Origin: Guillardia theta CCMP2712
Lineage: Eukaryota; Protista; Cryptophyta
Assembly (NCBI RefSeq): GCF_000315625.1
Contig: NW_005434639.1
Coordinates: 463,615 to 527,614 of the forward strand
Length of the DNA: 64,000 nt
Reading direction: 5' to 3'
The position numbers and the translations under genes are program-made. Positions 58,386 to 64,000 of this stretch are shown piece after piece; the stretch's first letter is position 1; each line of letters opens with the position of its first letter. Below the pieces are notes generated by a model. It searched no databases. It worked only from the letters and a program-made list of their open reading frames with translations, and was not told where the DNA came from.

Positions 58386-60441
58386 ATGCAGGGCAAGAGG
58401 GAGAAACGGAGAATCTGGCGAAATAATGGGATCAGTCGGATGGAAGAGATCCCTCGCTCACCAAGAGCCACGGGCAACAGGGGGAATGCACAGGAAAACA
58501 TCCAATCCGCCGAGGTCGAGGAGGACGATAGCTGTAGATTGCTGCAGGGGAACAGCGATGAGGATCAACACAGCAATCGTCATGTTGACCAGCACGAGAT
58601 GGTCGACGACGTTCATCGTCTCTTCCCGTCGCAAACTGTTCAACAGGCCGCTGATCGACCCGCTTCAACGTCAAAGGTGCCTCGAGACTGTGAGGAAGAG
58701 AACAACAACGTGAACAGCATGAAAGCTGCTTCTCTGCCTCCATCGACACCTCAGCATCAGGTCCATCAGCCTATCATCATCGAGAAGGTCAAAGAAGCTC
58801 TTTCTCAAAGGTTCAAATCCGCCCGTAAGGCATTTGCTTTCTTCGACCTCAAAGGGGCGGGGAAAGTTTCGCCTAAAGATTTCAAGTCAGCTCTTGATGA
58901 GCTGGGGATTAAAGTTGACTCGAACTCATTGAAAGAGATTTACAAGAGAATAGTCAGAAACGGATTCATACACTCGCAGGAGTTTCTCTCAGCTTTCTCG
59001 TGGAATTCAATTCAAAGTGATGACAGACAAGCCAAATCTGAGGATATTCCAAGGTGATTTTCCCATCGTTATCTCCGTCCTCCTCCTCCTCCTTATCACT
59101 ATCATCATCATCATCATCATCATCGCCACCACCACCATCATCATCATTATCATCATCATCGCCATCATCAGCGTGACAAAAACATGACTTTTCATTTTAG
59201 TGCTCAAAAGTCACTGGAGAAGTCAAAGAAGTCTCAGAGCTCCTTGGATCAACGATGCCGTCAGCTTTATGAGGCCTCCGCGTACCAGGCATGTCAACCT
59301 TGTTGTTGCGAACGTTCTGTGTTGACGATGTACCTCAGGCTCTCGGCAAGAGTGCCGGTCACAGTTTGAAGCAGCCATGGGGTACAGACAAGAATCCTCT
59401 GTCGAACAGCTCCAAGGCGAGGATGAAGACGAAGCAGAGCTCGCGATCGTTGGGGAGAAGTGTACATGACCAAGGAAGTGAGGGAGGGAAGACGCTTGAA
59501 GGGGACAACGGTCTGCAGTATGATGCGAACCAGGTTCTAAAGCTCCGTGGGACCTCAGTGGGCTCGAAAGAAGCGAGAGAGATTGTTCTTCAGCTGCAGA
59601 ACAACAAGCTGCTCTCAGTGCTGGACATGTCAGACAGCTCTATCTCGGTCGCTGCAGCCAGCATCATCACCAAGGCCTTGGTCGCTGACCCCAGCCTGTC
59701 CGAGAGGGTTTCCTCCATCGTCATGTCAAGATCTCCTGCTGGGGACCAAGTGGCTGAGAAGATGTGGAGCTGTCTGGCCAACACCAAGGTTGTGGCGCTC
59801 GACATGCAGGTACGGATGATGAAGCTTGACATGTAACTGTCTACTGACTTGACTGTTCGCCGTTGCTTCACGGAGCAGAGCACGCTGCTCTCGCCTTTCT
59901 CAGGTCGTGTCCACTGCCGAGTTGTCACTCTGCCCCTCATCTAGTCGCTTGCTGACAGGCGCATCTCTGGCGAAAGTGCTGAAGGAGAGCGCGAGTTTGA
60001 GCCACCTGCACCTCGGGGGGAACAGGTCTGCCATGTCCTCGTGCAGGTCTCGCTGATCTCGTCGCAGTCTGCTGTCGACGGGGGTCGAGGCTCTTGCTAG
60101 ATCCCTCCCTCACGCCGCGAGCCTCGAGTGTCTGCACCTGGAGGGGAACGGGATCGATGACAACGGCGCGAGGGCGTTGGCTGAGGGTGAGGGGAGGGCA
60201 GGCTGGCTCGCGTTGTGCTCCGCTGAGTGGTGTCTGGTCAGTGTTGGGGACGACGAGGATCTCGCATCTGTTCCTGGCGAGCAACGAGATCTCAAGCATC
60301 GGGGCCACCATCCTGGTAGAGGCCATCAAGAAGCGAGAATCCGCTCCACAGGTTTCTTCTCCCCATCCTTATCTCGCTCCTCTTCTTCCGTCCTTGCCGC
60401 CGCCGCCTCATACTCCTCCTTGCGCTTTCCTCCCCTTTCTC

Positions 60442-60474
<33 letters not shown>

Positions 60475-60734
60475 TGTTCAGGTCAATCACTCAGCTTCCA
60501 CAGCCGATATCAAGAATTGATCTCTCGCAGAATCCAATCTCGGATCCTGACAAAGGTCTCCAGCTCTGTTCGCTTTCTATCTCCTCACCACTTCTCTTCT
60601 CTTCGCAGAGCTCCTTGCACTTGAGAGCGGTGGCAAACTTTTGTTCGGCAGCAGCGCCAAATCTGCTCCTCTCGTCTCTTACTTTCAAGACGGGCCAGTC
60701 CCTAGTTGTAAATAATACCTGCTATTGTACCTAG
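58386..60734 (+). CDS. EF-hand + RNI-like leucine-rich-repeat protein
   Basis: AFAFFDLKGAGKVSPKDFKSALDELG EF-hand; LSHLHLGGN, LHLEGNGIDDNGARALAE, LFLASNEISSIGA, IDLSQNPI LRRs; 3' end approximate. Confidence 0.85.
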
Positions 60735-61783
60735 ACATGTCCCTGAACTGACGCGTCAAGTCTTGTACGTCAATCTCCTATCTGATGACTTGTACGTCAA
60801 TCTCCTATCTGATGAGATCTTGTACGTAAATCTTGTATCGTCACAGCAAGTCAATGATTGGAGCCCGGGCTGCCTTATGGGCCCGATCGCACTCCGACAA
60901 ATTCAAACTGGCGTGTACAAATTGACGGTGGTGTAATTTAAGGCATAGAGGCATCTATGCCTTAAATTTAGCCAATTCGCTAACTAAATCTTCAGAGTCG
61001 CAATACGCAGGTTCACTTCCTGACCCTTCCCATGGTTGTGGGTTTCGTAGCGCCATGCGTACTCGGAGTGATGGTGATCGTTGCCGTCGCGTTCCTCGCG
61101 CCATCAGGTCAGCAGCGCATGTTGACATGGCTTGTCTTGATGGGTCTCTCTCCTTGATCTCTGTCGAATCCTTGTTATGAGGTGCACGCTTGTGTTGCTG
61201 CGCAGCTCGTTGCTGTTTGTTGGCCCTCCATTTTCGGTCCGTTTTGAGCGAGAATATTGCAAGTCGTCAATGATCAGTCTCCTGCTTACTCCTGCTTATC
61301 CTCGTCGTATTCCCTTCCCCCACCCCCCCTCTGCTCCTCCTCCTGATCTTCACTCCCTCCTCCTCCTCAGTCCACTTCTTCTGAACCTGTTGCTCATCTG
61401 CATCTCGTTTACCCTTGACATTTCCTGATGCTTCTGCACGCAGGAACTATCGTCGTTGCAAACCTTCAGAACGAGTGAGTGACCTCCCCCGAAATCTGCA
61501 ACCCAAACTCAACAAACATGTTTTATCTCCCCATCGGATGATATGCATCGCTGTGGTCCCTCCTCACATGCTTGCAGGGAATCGGACAAGCAGCGAGCTG
61601 GACAAGGAGATGGTCGAAGAAAACAAGACTGACACAAGGAGTTGATGGTGTCGGGCATGATAAGTCACACTGACTGAAAAGTTTCTGTTGGAACTTTGTA
61701 CAAAGCTAGATAACAAACATCTACATGTCTACATTTCCATCCTCTCCTGTCTATCTCTGCATCTCGTCTCCTCCTCCCAACTC

Positions 61784-62277
61784 TCACCACAGGAAGCCAG
61801 TGGGAGGAGCCATCTTGCTGACCAGTGTCATGGGAACTACTGCAGCGTCAGTGATCAAGGCAAAGAGCTCCTGTACAAGACCTTGTTCACCTTCCTCCAT
61901 GTGCTCCAACCTGCAGCAGCAAGTCATTCCGAGGAGGAGCGTGACAAGCTCAGGTCTTACCCTGCCTGCCCGTCCTCGTGCTGGGACGGTGAACCCGTCG
62001 CTTCCGCTCTCTTGATCACCACGAGCTCCTGCGGCCAGTCTCAACATGGGATATTTCGAGGGGGTTCACATGTCGCTACCTTGTACTTCTGGTCCAGAGG
62101 ATGCTCCCACTGACTTATCTTCGTCTTGTTGTTGAAGTAGTACACCTTCTCCCCGTCACTCACATCGCAAGCTCGACTGACTTCACCTCGCCCTTCTTGT
62201 TCGTGTGCTGAGTGTAGTCCTCAGGCAGCTCAGCTGCTACACCTGAACGCAACGATCGGCAGACAGTCAGGATCTCA

Positions 62278-62326
<49 letters not shown>

Positions 62327-62883
62327 TTTCTATTTCCTTCTTGTCCTCTCCGTTCCAACAACCCGCCTTCCTCCTCCACCTTCTTCGGCGATCCAAAGGA
62401 GATGGGGCTCGGTGGTAGGATCAATCCCGATATAGAGGGCGTACTCGAGGATCTGCTTGGGATCTGACAGGTGAAAGTGAGAGGTGACGAGGAGGAGGAG
62501 AGGAAGGAGGCAACGTGCTCAGAGATGATGATGATGGTGATAGTGATGATGAGAGAGGATATGGAAACAGATCAAAGAGGGAGACACAGGAAGAGGAAGA
62601 GGAGGAGGAGGAGGTGGTGGTGGTGGTGGTGGTGGAGCAGGAGCACCGAGGCCGTTGAGCGTCATAGTTGTCGTCATGTCAGTTGATGAGTTGACATCGT
62701 CCTGCATCTCTTTTCACCCCTTGAAGCGCACACACTACGAGCTCACCTTGCCCACCATGGCGTCAAGCAGAAGGTTGCTTCCTCCCTTGGACTTCTCCTT
62801 CTGGAGGAGTGGAGGATGAGCTTCAGAACTTTCACGATCTTTCTTCCCCTCCTGCCTCTCTTCTTCTCTTCCCGACCCCTGTA

Positions 62884-62935
<52 letters not shown>

Positions 62936-64000
62936 CCTGCTCCTTCCTCCAACTCTCCACAACTTCTCGTCCTTGTTCTGCTTACCAGCAGCTCGAAGGC
63001 CTCGTCCTCCTCTGTGTCGTAGTCCTCAGGACGATCCCACTGCGCTGCGATCAGCTCATTGAGTAGCAGAGGCTCTCTACCTGAGTCGCCTTGGTGGTGG
63101 TGTGGTAGAAGTAGATTTCGTTGGTGCTGCCGGGTGGTCGTCAGTCACTGGTCAAGTAGAACTGAAGAGCAAGGAGGAGAGGAGGAGGGAGGAGAGGAGG
63201 AGAGGAGGAGAGGAGGAGGGGAGGAGAGGAGGGGAGGAGGAGAGGAGGAGGAAGGAAGTTGGAGGATGAAGGAGGGAGGAAGAAGAAGAAACAATAGGGC
63301 AGCAAGAAGCCCCACTTTGGATCGAGTGCTTTTCTCCAAATGCTCTTGCTGGGCATCGAGAAATTCTTCTTTGCGCTGCTCATGCTGTAGCTGTCCATCC
63401 TTGGCGTGGTCACACTCGCATCCTTGTAGATCAATGATCAGAATAACGAAAGATAGGAGGAGAAGCTTCGTGGCAGTAAAGAGGAGGAGGAGGAGGAGGA
63501 GATTGGAGTAAGGATGAACGCGACAAGGAGGAGAAAGGCAAGGAGGAGGGAGCTAGAGGAGGTGATGGTGAAGGAGGGGTCCACCGATTCGTTCTGAGCT
63601 GTCAAGATCTCCTCCTGGAGTTCATTGAGCGCTTGCAGCATCGCTTCCGCCTCCTGCTGGAGAGATGAAACATGCAGGAGAGAAGGCAGAGAGAGAAGGG
63701 AGGGAGAAGGGGAGGGGCAAGAAGGAAGGAGAGGAGAGCAGGAAAATCTCTCGAGGATGAAGATTATGTACAGCTTCCTCGTATGCTTGTCTGGCGATGA
63801 TGACAGCTGCCAGCGCCTCTGAAAGCTCCTCCGCCTTCAAGTGGTCGACAGCCTACAGGAAGGTGAAGGGAGGAGGAGGAGGAGGAGGAGGAGGAGGAGG
63901 AGGAGGAGAGGAGGGATACAGAGAGATAAGAAGAAGGAGGCAGAGGAGGAGAGGAGGGAGGAGGGAGGAGAAGGACGAAGAGGAGGAAAGTGAGTAAAGA
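61784..64000 (-). CDS. CEP164-like WW-domain protein, 5' end outside window
   Basis: Spliced QILEYALYIGIDPTTEPHLLWIAEE/GVAAELPEDY...GE/VYYFNNKTKISQWEHPLDQKYK resembles the CEP164 N-terminal module. Confidence 0.75.

Noticed and set aside
61032-61645. Small secreted protein gene (MVVGFVAPCVLGVMVIVAVAFLAPS...)
   Set aside because: Plausible leader and donor site, but I could not build a consistent exon chain.

Overview
Gene-dense eukaryotic nuclear DNA. Short spliceosomal introns (about 40-60 nt, CTGAC/CTAAC branch points, CAG/TAG/AAG acceptors), longer introns filled with purine/pyrimidine microsatellites and patchwork CpG-rich intergenic islands suggest a cryptophyte alga (Guillardia/Hanusia-like; inference). 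The standout is an 8,536-bp AT-rich element at 5521-14056. It has 2,584-bp terminal inverted repeats (5521-8104 / 11473-14056; I found one mismatch by eye). Each TIR is a 890-bp TG...CA module with its own 96-bp inverted repeats plus a degenerate ~120-185-bp tandem array. The 3.4-kb core encodes a C8 RING-type protein with a frameshifted coiled-coil tail, a small basic virus-like protein, and a 490-aa ORF resembling the N-terminal half of a RAG1/Transib-type DDE transposase. There is no target-site duplication. Instead the element has templated-looking filler at both junctions and sits between two direct copies of a ~5.46-kb host segment whose two genes are damaged reciprocally. The rest of the window holds ordinary intron-rich host genes: ankyrin, PDZ/Sfi1-like, PH, OGT-like, ARM, sulfite oxidase, HEAT, Patched/Dispatched, RNase H2A, EF-hand/LRR and CEP164-like WW proteins. 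Exon boundaries were read by eye and are approximate; no database searches were run.
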